From Candidatus Harpocratesius repetitus (GTDB lineage: Archaea > Asgardarchaeota > Lokiarchaeia > Sigyniarchaeales > Promethearchaeaceae): a stretch of 32,000 bases of DNA. A program made the position numbers and the translations under genes. Position 1 is the stretch's first letter, and the number at the start of each line of letters is the position of its first letter. Positions 1-9,536 of this stretch are shown piece after piece. The notes beneath the pieces were generated by a model. It was not told the origin of the DNA. It did not search any database and was given only the letters and a program-made list of their open reading frames with translations. The stretch covers positions 780,001 to 812,000 of the forward strand of contig JAIZWK010000001.1 of assembly GCA_021498095.1 (NCBI GenBank), read 5' to 3'.

Positions 1-55
1 TGAAGGTAATTCAGTGGAAGAAGCACTTCAAAAAAGCAATTTATCTAATTTTTAA
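1..55 (+). CDS. 3' end of a gene truncated by the window edge (…EGNSVEEALQKSNLSNF*)
   Basis: Open frame from position 2 to TAA at 53-55, 10 bp before the next ATG; too short to identify. Confidence 0.4.
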   Translation, partial: EGNSVEEALQKSNLSNF

Positions 56-65
56 GGAAAAAAAA

Positions 66-506
66 ATGTCAAAAAATTCAATAAATTCATCCAAAAATGC
101 ATCAAATTCATCTAAAAATTCACCAAATTCATCCGAATTCGATCCCTCTAAAATCCTCTCTATAAAATCCCAATCCATAATAGAAAAAAAAGGTATTCGA
201 ATAACAGTGGTGATTTATAATTTACATAACGGATATTTGATGCTAATAACAGATCAAGATACATTTGGCTTGGGAACATTAAGTATAAGCATTCCTCCCA
301 ATGAAATTAACGATAGATCAATTGGAACTCCCTTATCGACTTTTGGATTAAAATATACAACTCTTACAAATATTATTGGTAAACGTGCCAGTAAAATGCT
401 AGGTAAACCAGTATTAACCATGCTGTCGCTACAAGAACATGATATCCCTCTAAAGATTCTTCAAAAAATAGTAATGGATACTGTGGCAGCTGCCCTTGAA
501 TCCTAA
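66..506 (+). CDS. Proteasome assembly chaperone PAC4/PAC3 (PSMG4/PSMG3)-like protein
   Basis: Pattern GYLMLIT..GLGTLSISIP..TPLSTFG..IIGKRASKMLGKPVLTMLSL resembles remembered PSMG4 (LWVG..LRNLAVAM..STSLLG..LAQRLARKTNKQVFVSYNL). N-terminal Ser/Asn 7-aa repeats. Recognised by eye only. Confidence 0.5.
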   Translation: MSKNSINSSKNASNSSKNSPNSSEFDPSKILSIKSQSIIEKKGIRITVVIYNLHNGYLMLITDQDTFGLGTLSISIPPNEINDRSIGTPLSTFGLKYTTLTNIIGKRASKMLGKPVLTMLSLQEHDIPLKILQKIVMDTVAAALES

Positions 507-570
507 TGTATTAAATATTTTTATCATTCCCTTCTGAAATGTGAATATAAATACTTTTATCCAAAATTAA

Positions 571-1236
571 CTATTGAAAATAATGTTCTGTGCTTAAAAA
601 GGGAATAAGTGCCATTTGAATCCCCCATTCGGCAAGATCCATGCGTTTTACTAATGAATGGGAAAAATATCCTACTGCACCTCCCTTATTTCTAATTTTA
701 GGATCACCAGAGATTTGAGTCATTACATCTGCCAACTCAAGCTTACGATTGTTTATTATTGCTTTAGTTATCGATGGAGGGTACATCCACCCTGGACTAG
801 TTCCAATACTAACTTGATTATTTTCATTTATTATTACACAAAGAGAATATGCAAGATAGCCTGATGGAATTAAAGGATATGCAACTAAACCCGCTTCAAT
901 TCCAATAAAGAAGGAAAAATGATATGTATCTTGAAAAATAAGGGATTTATTGGGAAATTTCGATGAATCATTATGTGAATCTGATGAATTATTAAAAGAA
1001 TGAAACCAATTTCGGATTTTTTGAGCTCGCTTCAAAGCACCAGAATAAAGTTCTTGAAATCCAATTGGTTGCGCAGGAATTTCTGTTTTAGCATGATGAG
1101 ACACTACTTGAACATATGAACTCGGAAAAAAACGGGTAAAAACACGCTCAACGGCTCTTTCTTTTAAGATATTAGCCGTTCCCACTGCAGCTAATATTTT
1201 TTTTCCTTGATATCTTCCACTATTAGTTATATTCAT
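571..1236 (-). CDS. yjjX: Non-canonical purine NTP phosphatase (inosine/xanthosine triphosphatase, YjjX/DUF84)
   Basis: GT.N..K..AV N-terminus, QP.G..E...GA..RA, IGIEAG, GAVGYFS...R motifs. Confidence 0.85.
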   Translation of the reverse strand: MNITNSGRYQGKKILAAVGTANILKERAVERVFTRFFPSSYVQVVSHHAKTEIPAQPIGFQELYSGALKRAQKIRNWFHSFNNSSDSHNDSSKFPNKSLIFQDTYHFSFFIGIEAGLVAYPLIPSGYLAYSLCVIINENNQVSIGTSPGWMYPPSITKAIINNRKLELADVMTQISGDPKIRNKGGAVGYFSHSLVKRMDLAEWGIQMALIPFLSTEHYFQ

Positions 1237-1353
1237 GTTCTTTACTAATACGATTAAATATTATTTATTAAAAATTCTTCACACTTTAGAAGAAATTTAC
1301 TTTAGCTTTAAAAGAAGAATTAACCGAAATGATTATTTTTTTTCCTTTCTCAT

Positions 1354-1890
1354 TCATTCCATCTGCTCTGCAAAATATACCAACCACTTTGCCATAGCTA
1401 CAAACATTTGGTTTACATTCAAATCCAATTTGGCAGAGCACATTACATTCATTAAACATTGCGCATCTTCTGCATATTGCTCCGCTGTTTCTGTATCAAC
1501 TTCATGATTAGGCAAATCATACTTATTTCCCACTAAAATTATTGGAATCATGCCGGCATTCTGACGGATGATACGTAACCATTCAGGAATCTGTTCGAAT
1601 GTAGAATAATCAGTTAAATCATAACAAATGAATGCCCCCGATGCTCCACGACAATAATCACCTAAAAGAAAACGAAAACGTTCTTCTCCTGCAAAATCCC
1701 AAAGCTGTAGTCTAACATTTTCTCCAGAATCAAGTGTTACATCTTTCACAGAAAACGCTGCACCAATGGTCATCTTATGGTCTTCTACGAAGCGTCCTGA
1801 AACGTAACGCTCAATTAATGCAGTCTTACCTACACCACCTGCACCTGCGACGATTGTTTTGAAAATCCAGTTGCTAGACACAATATTCAC
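1354..1890 (-). CDS. Rab-like small GTPase (Ras superfamily), GTG start
   Basis: G1 GAGGVGKT, G2 TIG, G3 WDFAGEERF, G4 NKYD, G5 CSAK; no C-terminal prenylation cysteines. Confidence 0.92.
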   Translation of the reverse strand: MNIVSSNWIFKTIVAGAGGVGKTALIERYVSGRFVEDHKMTIGAAFSVKDVTLDSGENVRLQLWDFAGEERFRFLLGDYCRGASGAFICYDLTDYSTFEQIPEWLRIIRQNAGMIPIILVGNKYDLPNHEVDTETAEQYAEDAQCLMNVMCSAKLDLNVNQMFVAMAKWLVYFAEQME

Positions 1891-2055
1891 TTAAAGTTGA
1901 TTATAGGAACAAATGAGAGCTTCTCAATAATAAGGAATACAAGTGTAAATAAATGCCTTTCGGGTCAAAAAACGAATTCGTAGCTTTATACACTAAACCA
2001 CATTCAATTAGAAAATCAAAATTACTTCTCTCTGAATATATTATATATTCATCGC

Positions 2056-2676
2056 TTAAAGATTGAAACTCTTGAGAATCCGGTTAACTCTCATGGAAAT
2101 TAAACGCTTGATGGTTGTTTGAAATTTTTTAGAACCATAAACATGGCTTAACATCGAAATAAATGAAAGATTATATAACAAAGATATATCTCCATCTCCT
2201 ATAGCCGCTAAATGTTGAATATGATCAATTTCTTTATTTCCAAACTTCTTATTTGACTTTCTTGTAAAATCATCTTCAATCCGCTTTTTCCCCCATTGAG
2301 AATATGCATATTCTCGCAAGGCTTCAATTAACTTCGTTAAAACGATATATATTACAACAGTTTCCTGTCCTTTTAAATTCTCCACCCCACCCATAGCATT
2401 CAAATTATTCATTATCCGAGTATATGTAGCTTCAAAATCCACATTGAAGCGATTTGAAAAATAATTAATAAATTCTTGAATCTTAAACTGTTCAATAAGG
2501 GAGAGATTTTTCTCCAGATCATCGATGAAATCATTTAACAAAGACTCGACTCCTGTAAGCTGCATCGTATGTTCAGGGTTCTTGCCTTGAATTCTTTTAG
2601 ATCCTAAAAATAACTGTTGAAACACCGCACTTTCCAACATATTACGATCCAAAGGATTTTCCAGCGAATTAACCAT
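2056..2676 (-). CDS. Hypothetical helical protein (206 aa)
   Basis: Long ORF co-oriented with the GTPase; no recognisable motif. Confidence 0.7.
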   Translation of the reverse strand: MVNSLENPLDRNMLESAVFQQLFLGSKRIQGKNPEHTMQLTGVESLLNDFIDDLEKNLSLIEQFKIQEFINYFSNRFNVDFEATYTRIMNNLNAMGGVENLKGQETVVIYIVLTKLIEALREYAYSQWGKKRIEDDFTRKSNKKFGNKEIDHIQHLAAIGDGDISLLYNLSFISMLSHVYGSKKFQTTIKRLISMRVNRILKSFNL

Positions 2677-2865
2677 GAAAATTATCCTTCTTGATTTAAT
2701 ATTGTTAATATAATTTGATTGTTTCCTAAGAGCCTAAAAGCTTTTATTAAGAAGTCTATCTTTCTTCTCACCAGCAAATTTCCTAAGTCAAAAAGTAATA
2801 AAAATAAGTGGTAATGATTTTTCTTGATAAAACTTGACATTTTGATTAACAAAGAATAAAGATAG

Positions 2866-2882
2866 TGCAGGGGGTGCGCTTT
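2866..2882 (-). repeat. 17-bp direct-repeat copy of the tRNA-Leu(TAA) 3' end (att-like site)
   Basis: tgcagggggtgcgcttt (2866-2882) vs tgcagggggtgtgcttt (5556-5572), one mismatch. Confidence 0.8.
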
Positions 2883-2923
2883 TTTTTAATTATCTGGTTG
2901 GCCATTTTCAGCTTACAACAAAA

Positions 2924-3682
2924 ATGAATACAAAGGAATATCGGGAAAAAAAAACTGGTGTTTTAGATTTTGTCTATAAAATAAATCAATGGCCGTATTT
3001 TTGCAGTATTTGGGATGCGGGAGAAGTTCTCGAAAGAAGGGACTTTAGCATTGACTTTTATGGAAAGCTTACTAATGAACATACAGGAAATCAACTTCGC
3101 GAAAATATTCCTGTATTTCTTACAGGATTTTCGCAATATTGGAAATATTACAAGCAATTAGATTCCTTTATTGGGAATGATGCCCCAGCTTCTCCAACTG
3201 ACTCCATGTTTCCCTTTATTATTGCTCAATGCTATGCTTTTTTGCCTGAAGTCCAAGCAGAAATTGAAACTAATTATCTGGGTTTGTATGCTGCCTTTGA
3301 AGGTGTTCCACTCCGTATTGCACTATTTATGCTGAAAAGTGATATAAAATTGCCAGAATTTGATTGGACTGCCGAGCATTATACAGGAAAAAGAAAAACT
3401 TTTGCTGAATGTAGCGGCTATTCTAATGAGGAATTAGTTAAAGAAACTCTAAATACCTATTTTGTGATTGACATATCATCATCTCCGTCGTATAGTTTAG
3501 TCTACAATAATGAAGCGATTGAACAATGGATGGAAATGAGAAAAATTATTCACGATATATTAGCAACGGGATTGAGCTACGAAGAAATTTCAAAAAATCC
3601 ACAATGGACCCCATATTTAAAAGCCGTCCGCTTGCTTTTCTTGCATATGACTATAAGCGCTCCCGAAGAAGTCGACATTTAA
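2924..3682 (+). CDS. Hypothetical protein (252 aa), island cargo
   Basis: Intact long ORF starting 41 bp after the att-like repeat; no motif recognised. Confidence 0.75.
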   Translation: MNTKEYREKKTGVLDFVYKINQWPYFCSIWDAGEVLERRDFSIDFYGKLTNEHTGNQLRENIPVFLTGFSQYWKYYKQLDSFIGNDAPASPTDSMFPFIIAQCYAFLPEVQAEIETNYLGLYAAFEGVPLRIALFMLKSDIKLPEFDWTAEHYTGKRKTFAECSGYSNEELVKETLNTYFVIDISSSPSYSLVYNNEAIEQWMEMRKIIHDILATGLSYEEISKNPQWTPYLKAVRLLFLHMTISAPEEVDI

Positions 3683-4371
3683 ATTAACATCCTAAGCCTT
3701 CCAACTATAATTTTTTATTATTCATCTTGAATATATGAGGTTATAGCAGAATTCAAAGAATTGAAGGAAATCCGAAAATCTTCTCTAAATTTTCCACAAT
3801 CCCCAAATCTATCCTAATTTTAAATTTGTCGAAAGATAGTTAAAGAAAAAAAATAAGATTAAGTCAATAATTCAAAGAAAAATGATAAAAATATGAAATT
3901 ATTAATCGAATTTAAGATTGTAAAAATACCGACTCAAATAATAATTGGATGCATGGAAGTATTGTCATGAAAATTGGCTCAAAAGATAGATTTTGATTAA
4001 ATTAAAAAAAATTACTAAAGCCTCATATGAGGCTATTTTAAATTTCAAAGATTCGAAGTTTCTCATTTCATCATCTTAATTCTCCCGACTCAAATCTAAA
4101 ATATCCTTCCTTATTTTTTGTCGATTTTATCGACGTACCAAATTCAAGGAATGAAAATCAATAATTTTAATAAAATCGACTTCAGATTGAAGAATTTATA
4201 AACATGATGGTATATTTTTAACAAATTCTTTGAAAAAATCGAGTTCGACAAAAAAAGAATTGCGATATTTCAAATTTAAGTCGGATATATGTAAATGATA
4301 TTCAAAAAAGCGTTTAAATTAAAAAAGATAAAACATCCTCATATAGAATATATAATTAAAGGTCTAAAAAA

Positions 4372-5469
4372 ATGCCCAGAAAATATACGCCCGATCCAAA
4401 TTTATGGGAACCAGAACCAGGAGTATTTCATGTAAAACTAAATGACCATTGGTACCATGCCCCAGGATACAATTTATTCCCCATCTATTGGTTTTGCGGC
4501 TACCCATTACCTGAAACGCTCAAAAAAGACGAATTCGGAATCCCTGCTCATCCTTTTTGGCGGTATATTTATTACCGTCGCCGTGTCGACCCGAATTACC
4601 CTTGTACTAATTGTTTTACTCACGATAATTGGTCTGATCCTTGCCCTGAAATGTTCCCTTTTCATTATTTTTTCCGAATTTCAGATTATTATTATCGATA
4701 TGGTGTAGATCTACGCCAATATCAATGCAATATTGCAGGAAACCTTTTTGCTCTACCATTTCCTAACCCAAAACAAATCCCTTATGACGCTGATGGATAT
4801 CCGAAACCATACTATTGGTTTGAAAAATATCTCATCCGATTACGCCAGCCAAATTTCCCTATACCGCTATATGAACCAAACGGACGCCCTATCTACGACC
4901 TAAATGGAAGAAAATATTATGGTAGAAAAAAATGGGAACAATCAGAATATTTATGGAAACGAGAATTAATATTATTCCATCATGCTCTACTCACAAAACA
5001 TGATGCAGCAAACCATATTTCTGGAGGAGATGAACATACAACACATTATGAATTCAAAAATATTGATTTTGATAAAATTGGAAATAAACATAGACAAATC
5101 TACGAGAAAATGTGCTATAGGGGGGTATCTAAAAAAATTTGGATAACTGAAAGACATTACCCTCACATGCAAACATACAAACAAATGTGTCGCAAAGCTG
5201 CTCCACATTTCATTCCATTATTCACTCCAACTCTCCCTGATTTAGCTATTGCGTATGTCTCAATACACCGAAATCCATCGACTGTGTTGGACGAAAAACG
5301 ATTTCCGAACGGGTTTACTGATGAAAATCGAGAATGGCTGCTAACATGCGCAAATCATACAATTCTCGCTTATCTACAAGCAAATCTGAACCATGATGAC
5401 CCATTGATTATAGATATCATTCTTCGAAATAAAAAATCTTTACCAAATTCACAGTTTTCATTGTTTTAA
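4372..5469 (+). CDS. Hypothetical Pro/Tyr/Trp/His-rich protein (365 aa) with a conserved 66-aa C-terminal module
   Basis: Intact ORF. Its C-terminus (5269-5466) aligns without gaps to 15489-15686 (48/66 aa identical, many synonymous changes), indicating past protein-level selection. Confidence 0.8.
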   Translation: MPRKYTPDPNLWEPEPGVFHVKLNDHWYHAPGYNLFPIYWFCGYPLPETLKKDEFGIPAHPFWRYIYYRRRVDPNYPCTNCFTHDNWSDPCPEMFPFHYFFRISDYYYRYGVDLRQYQCNIAGNLFALPFPNPKQIPYDADGYPKPYYWFEKYLIRLRQPNFPIPLYEPNGRPIYDLNGRKYYGRKKWEQSEYLWKRELILFHHALLTKHDAANHISGGDEHTTHYEFKNIDFDKIGNKHRQIYEKMCYRGVSKKIWITERHYPHMQTYKQMCRKAAPHFIPLFTPTLPDLAIAYVSIHRNPSTVLDEKRFPNGFTDENREWLLTCANHTILAYLQANLNHDDPLIIDIILRNKKSLPNSQFSLF

Positions 5470-5555
5470 AAAAGAAATACCATGGCATGTCGAGATTGGG
5501 TTATTTTTTACTCAATTTGTCTTATTTACAATAAAATTATTGAATTAAGAAAAAA

Positions 5556-5721
5556 TGCAGGGGGTGTGCTTTATTCATGATTCTCGAGATGAAAATCATA
5601 TCGAACACACGTATTCCTTTGAAACGGGATCTTAAGTCCCGCGCCGTTAATCGGTCTGACCCATCGATTCGTCGTTCTCGAAGGATTCCGGCAACCTTTG
5701 ACCAGGCTTGGCTACCCCTGC
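5556..5721 (-). tRNA. trnL: tRNA-Leu(TAA) with two BHB introns: 51 nt at 21/22 (5647-5697) and 30 nt at 58/59 (5571-5600)
   Basis: Spliced product GCAGGGGTAGCCAAGCCTGGTCAA|CGGCGCGGGACTTAAGATCCCGTTTCAAAGGAATACGTGTGTTCGA|AGCACACCCCCTGCA (85 nt). Perfect acceptor stem, long variable arm, anticodon 5632-5634. Central helices GGTC/GATT and GTTC/GAAT, each with 3-nt bulges. Confidence 0.92.
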
Positions 5722-5919
5722 ACAAAAATGACAAAAACGTCATTTTATCTTCATCGACCTTATAGAAAGAATCTCCGATCTAATGTCACCAATGGGACAC
5801 GCTATAAAAAGATTTTGGCACTATACTAGAGTAAACTCGAGAGAGTTGGATGTGAGCAATTGAGAGCGACTTGAGAAGATATAAAAAGTATTTGTTTATA
5901 TTTTAATATTCACAATAAT

Positions 5920-6242
5920 AACGAAGTGGTTTTTTCTATACGATCTTCGTTCTGTTTGTATGTTGTATGCAAGTTTTAAGACTTTCGCTTCGACATACAT
6001 CAGAAGTTATTCAAAAAGAGTGTTCTTGCGCTTAAATTTCATTTCAGTCCTACTTAGTGACCAAATTTTCAAATGGCAAATAACGGAGATTCTTTCCAGA
6101 TCAACCTGCTTTGTCTTTATGTCTCCAAACCTTGTCTAAGTTCGATATGGTAGAAGAATTTTGGAATTCTGTACGTTTAGTACATTTATTAATTCTCAAA
6201 TCTTTAAAAATTGTAGGATCAGATCTAAAGTTAATAGCAGAT
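5920..6242 (+). mobile_element. ISH3-like (IS4 superfamily) transposase N-terminal fragment
   Basis: About 90% identical (28 mismatches counted over 300 bp) to 12127-12451; ends at the LIAD catalytic-Asp codons. Confidence 0.8.
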
Positions 6243-7412
6243 CGTAGTGTACAAGATGCAATCAATCAAATATAGGATTTTCTTCGAGTACGGAAAGGAA
6301 AAGTTACTAGTGCTTGGAACCTCAATGCCGATATTACTAGTTGTTTTGACAATATCAACCATCAGATCTTGATTGAGAAAATTCCTGTATTCAGAAATAC
6401 AATAAAAAGTTGGTTAAAAGCAGGTATTATAGAATTTGGAAATCTTTTTCCAACCATCTAAACAACACCCAAGGAGAAATAATTAGCCCTTTATTGGCAA
6501 ATATTGCACTTCATGGCATAAACCTTAAATTTGGTGGTTTCTCTAAATATGGAAACTATCTAACTCATAGTTTAAGAAGAGGAAAAAACAAAGGAATTTC
6601 CTTAATCCGTTATGCTGATGATTTGTTATAATTGCACCTTCTAAAAAAGTTATTGTAGAATATGTTATTCCTAAAATACAGAGTTTTCTTTCATCTAGTG
6701 GGCTTTCTTTAAATTTAAGAAAAACGCATATAGTCTACCAAGAAGAAGGATTTGATTTTTTAAGATTTAATATTCGCCAATTTTCAAAAGCAAAATATAC
6801 TATATGCTTGTATAAACCATTCAAATCCGCAACACAGCGTGTTCTCAAGAAAATTAAGGAATTCTTAAATCATAATAAGCAAGCGACTCAAGCGGACATA
6901 ATTAAATACTTGAATCCAATCATTAAAGGTTGGTGTAATTTCTATCGCTACAATAATGCCAAAGGTACTTTCCGTTACGTGGATTATCGTATCTGGAAAA
7001 TATTATGGTATTAGTGTTGCCGTCGTCACCTACACAAAGGAAAGAAATGGATCAAAAAGAAATATTTTCAAGTAGTTGATCACAAGAAATAGGTGTTTAA
7101 TTGTGATAAAGTTTATCAGTTATGTTCAGCAGCAAGAATCAAAGTAAATGCTCAGTACTATGTGAAAGTTCGTGGAAATGCCTCTCCATTTGACCCAAAT
7201 CTTCGGTAATACTGGATAATGCGACAGAAGCGTGGAAAATCCTAATCAATAACAAGTTGGAAACAACTTTGAGTCTGGGTTTAATTGGAAAAGTAAAGAC
7301 CTAGAGACATGGCGACATGTAGGGATTTTCAAGGCGCGAGCCACGTGCGGAGAAACTCGCACGCGTGGTTACAAAAAGAGGGGGGTGTCGTAAAACATCC
7401 TCCTTATTTAAC
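6243..7412 (+). mobile_element. 5'-truncated group II intron (CL-like) with RT/maturase pseudogene and intact domains V and VI
   Basis: RSVQDA, NADITSCFDNINH, WLKAG, TQGEIISPLLANIALHG, YADD (6611-6622), GFDFL, maturase LNPIIKGWCNFY, KVRGNASPFDP; several stops and frameshifts. DV gagccacgtgcggagaaactcgcacgcgtggtt (7338-7370); DVI hairpin with bulged A, ending AAC at 7412. Confidence 0.9.
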
Positions 7413-7425
7413 CCTAAAAAAGTTA

Positions 7426-9507
7426 TTACTGAACTGATTTGGGAATGGACGGCGATATTTCGAATCTTTTTCCTAAAACTATAATCAATACCGCAAAAGA
7501 ACACATAAAGATGAAGATCGGATACCCTGAAATTTGGTTTGTTCCAGGTTCTTTTTCCGTAAAACCGCCATCGGTAATATTCCATCCGAAAGTATCAATG
7601 ATATACTGTCGAGCCTCGACTGCGGATTTGCTGTACTGCGAATTTCCTGCATCAAATGAAACGTTACTCTGTAAAGGCAATTTCGACCAATGTTGCAAAA
7701 TACTATTATAATTTTCAGTTGACAATTCAACATCACAAAACATCCCTTCCATATCGGTTACCGATGATACATTCCAGCTACCGAGGTTTTGATCGAAAGC
7801 TGAAGCTCCATCGAACATGTGGCTCATATCTGTAACGGCCGAAACATCCCAACTGCTTAAATCTTGATTAAAAGAAACAGCATTACGAAACATACATTGC
7901 ATAGTTTTTACCGATGAAACATCCCAACCACTAATATCTTGATTGAAAGAAGAAGCGCCATCGAACATACATTTCATCCTTTTTACTGAACCTGTATTCC
8001 AATTGCTTAAATCTTGATTAAATGAAGTGGCATTGGCGAACATATAATCCATATTTCTCGCTATATGAACGTCCCAACTGCTTATATCCTGATTAAATGA
8101 AGTAGCATTGGCGAACATACACCACATATTTTCCACCAAAGTTGTATGCCATGCACTGATATTCTGGTTGAAAGATGCCGCATTTTTGAACATTTCGGGC
8201 ATATAAAGAACATTACGCAAATTCCATTTACCAATATCTTGATTGAATGAAAAAGCTCCAGAGAACATGGCACCCATGGATATCACATTTGATACATCCC
8301 AATTTCCGATATCTTGATTGAATGCAAAAGCATTTCCAAACATCCAATCCATACTGGTCACGCTTGATACATCCCAACTGCCTATATCTTGATTGAATGA
8401 AGAAGCACCATCAAACATCCAATACATATCAGTTACACTGGATACATCCCAATTACCTATATCCTGATTAAATGCCGAAGCTCTTTCGAACATACCACCC
8501 ATATTCCAAACGGCCGATACGTTCCAATCACCGATATACTGATTGAAAGAAGTAGCATCGCAGAACATTTGATACATGGTAGTTACAGAAGATACATCCC
8601 AACCACCAATGTTTTGGTTAAACGAAAAAGCAGCATCAAACATGTATGTCATATCCGTTACTCTTGAAACATTCCAGCCGCCGATGTCTTGATTGAACGA
8701 TTGAGCATCCCAAAACATTCCAAGCATATTTGTTACCGAAGATACATCCCATTTTCCGATATCTTGATTGAACGAATGTGCATGCAAAAACATACGCTCC
8801 ATATCGGTCACACCCGATACATCCCAATTTCCGATATTCTGGTTGAACGAGAAGGTTCCCCAAAACATGCAGTACATTTTTGTTACAGAAGAAACATTCC
8901 AAGAGTTCATATTTCCACTACTTCCTAATTTCTTACAACCCCAAAAGGTTCCGCTTAAATCAGTTGTTCCGCTTAAATCGGGAGAATCGGTGGCTGTTAA
9001 ATTCAAATTTTCGCATCCTGCAAAATACCATCCAGAATTTCCCAATCCCAAAGATCCCCACTGCAGAATTTCCGTTATTTTCAGCCTATCTCCGTCAAAA
9101 TCAAAGCACCATCCGACAATAGTTCCGTAAATGATTAGGGTGTAAGTACCGGCCGCAGAATAGGTGTGCGTGACTTCTGCCTGATTCCAAACGGTGATGG
9201 TATCACTTGTTCCATCGCCCCAGTTCACCGTGAAGTTGTACGTACCCGAAGATTCCAAAGGTAATCTTATCTGATTGTCATTGCTTGATCCTCCGCTGTG
9301 TAAAGCGGTGTTCCACACGGAAATAAAACTTTCGGGGTTCGCATCAGCAGGAATACAGTTTCCCTTTTTCGGTTCTGACTGCAATGTCAAATTTGAATCG
9401 TGCATTTGGGAAGAAAAAAAGAAAGAAAAAAGAGGGGTCAAACTTCCTATTCCAAATATGCATAAAATAATGAAGATTTGCCATTTATTTTTCATGATAT
9501 ATTTCAT
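7426..9507 (-). CDS. BspA-family (DUF285 repeat) surface protein with PKD-like domain and Loki-CTERM-like anchor
   Basis: About 16 tandem 25-aa WDVSxVTxMxxMFxxAxSFNQDIG repeats; PKD-like VNWGDG..HTY...GTY; N-terminal signal/TM segment; C-terminal ISGYP+TM+KR. True start probably 9507 or 9495 rather than 9564. Confidence 0.9.
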   Translation of the reverse strand: MKYIMKNKWQIFIILCIFGIGSLTPLFSFFFSSQMHDSNLTLQSEPKKGNCIPADANPESFISVWNTALHSGGSSNDNQIRLPLESSGTYNFTVNWGDGTSDTITVWNQAEVTHTYSAAGTYTLIIYGTIVGWCFDFDGDRLKITEILQWGSLGLGNSGWYFAGCENLNLTATDSPDLSGTTDLSGTFWGCKKLGSSGNMNSWNVSSVTKMYCMFWGTFSFNQNIGNWDVSGVTDMERMFLHAHSFNQDIGKWDVSSVTNMLGMFWDAQSFNQDIGGWNVSRVTDMTYMFDAAFSFNQNIGGWDVSSVTTMYQMFCDATSFNQYIGDWNVSAVWNMGGMFERASAFNQDIGNWDVSSVTDMYWMFDGASSFNQDIGSWDVSSVTSMDWMFGNAFAFNQDIGNWDVSNVISMGAMFSGAFSFNQDIGKWNLRNVLYMPEMFKNAASFNQNISAWHTTLVENMWCMFANATSFNQDISSWDVHIARNMDYMFANATSFNQDLSNWNTGSVKRMKCMFDGASSFNQDISGWDVSSVKTMQCMFRNAVSFNQDLSSWDVSAVTDMSHMFDGASAFDQNLGSWNVSSVTDMEGMFCDVELSTENYNSILQHWSKLPLQSNVSFDAGNSQYSKSAVEARQYIIDTFGWNITDGGFTEKEPGTNQISGYPIFIFMCSFAVLIIVLGKRFEISPSIPKSVQ

Positions 9508-9536
9508 CCTATAAGATAATGTTTTTTTACATTTTA

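Larger units (their letters stand above)
2883..5555. mobile_element. Small genomic island at the 3' end of tRNA-Leu(TAA)
   Basis: Bounded by the tRNA 3' end and its 17-bp duplicate; carries two orphan ORFs; no recognisable integrase. Confidence 0.6.

Noticed and set aside
2866-2900. Separate 3' piece of a trans-spliced (split) tRNA
   Set aside because: No leader complementary to a 5' half, only a poly-T run; the full gene is intact at 5556-5721.
5537-5765. ORFs 5537-5743(-) and 5577-5765(+); LTARDLRSRF looked like a tyrosine-recombinase box II
   Set aside because: They lie across the intron-containing tRNA-Leu(TAA) gene; the resemblance is coincidental.
7426-9130. CRISPR array, or real genes in the short antisense ORFs over the BspA repeats
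   Set aside because: The 75-bp periodicity is protein-coding repeat with no unique spacers; the antisense ORFs are shadows of the repeat frame.
6243-9507. Diversity-generating retroelement (RT next to a variable repeat protein)
   Set aside because: The RT has a group II maturase domain and DV/DVI; no TR/VR pair differing only at adenines was seen.
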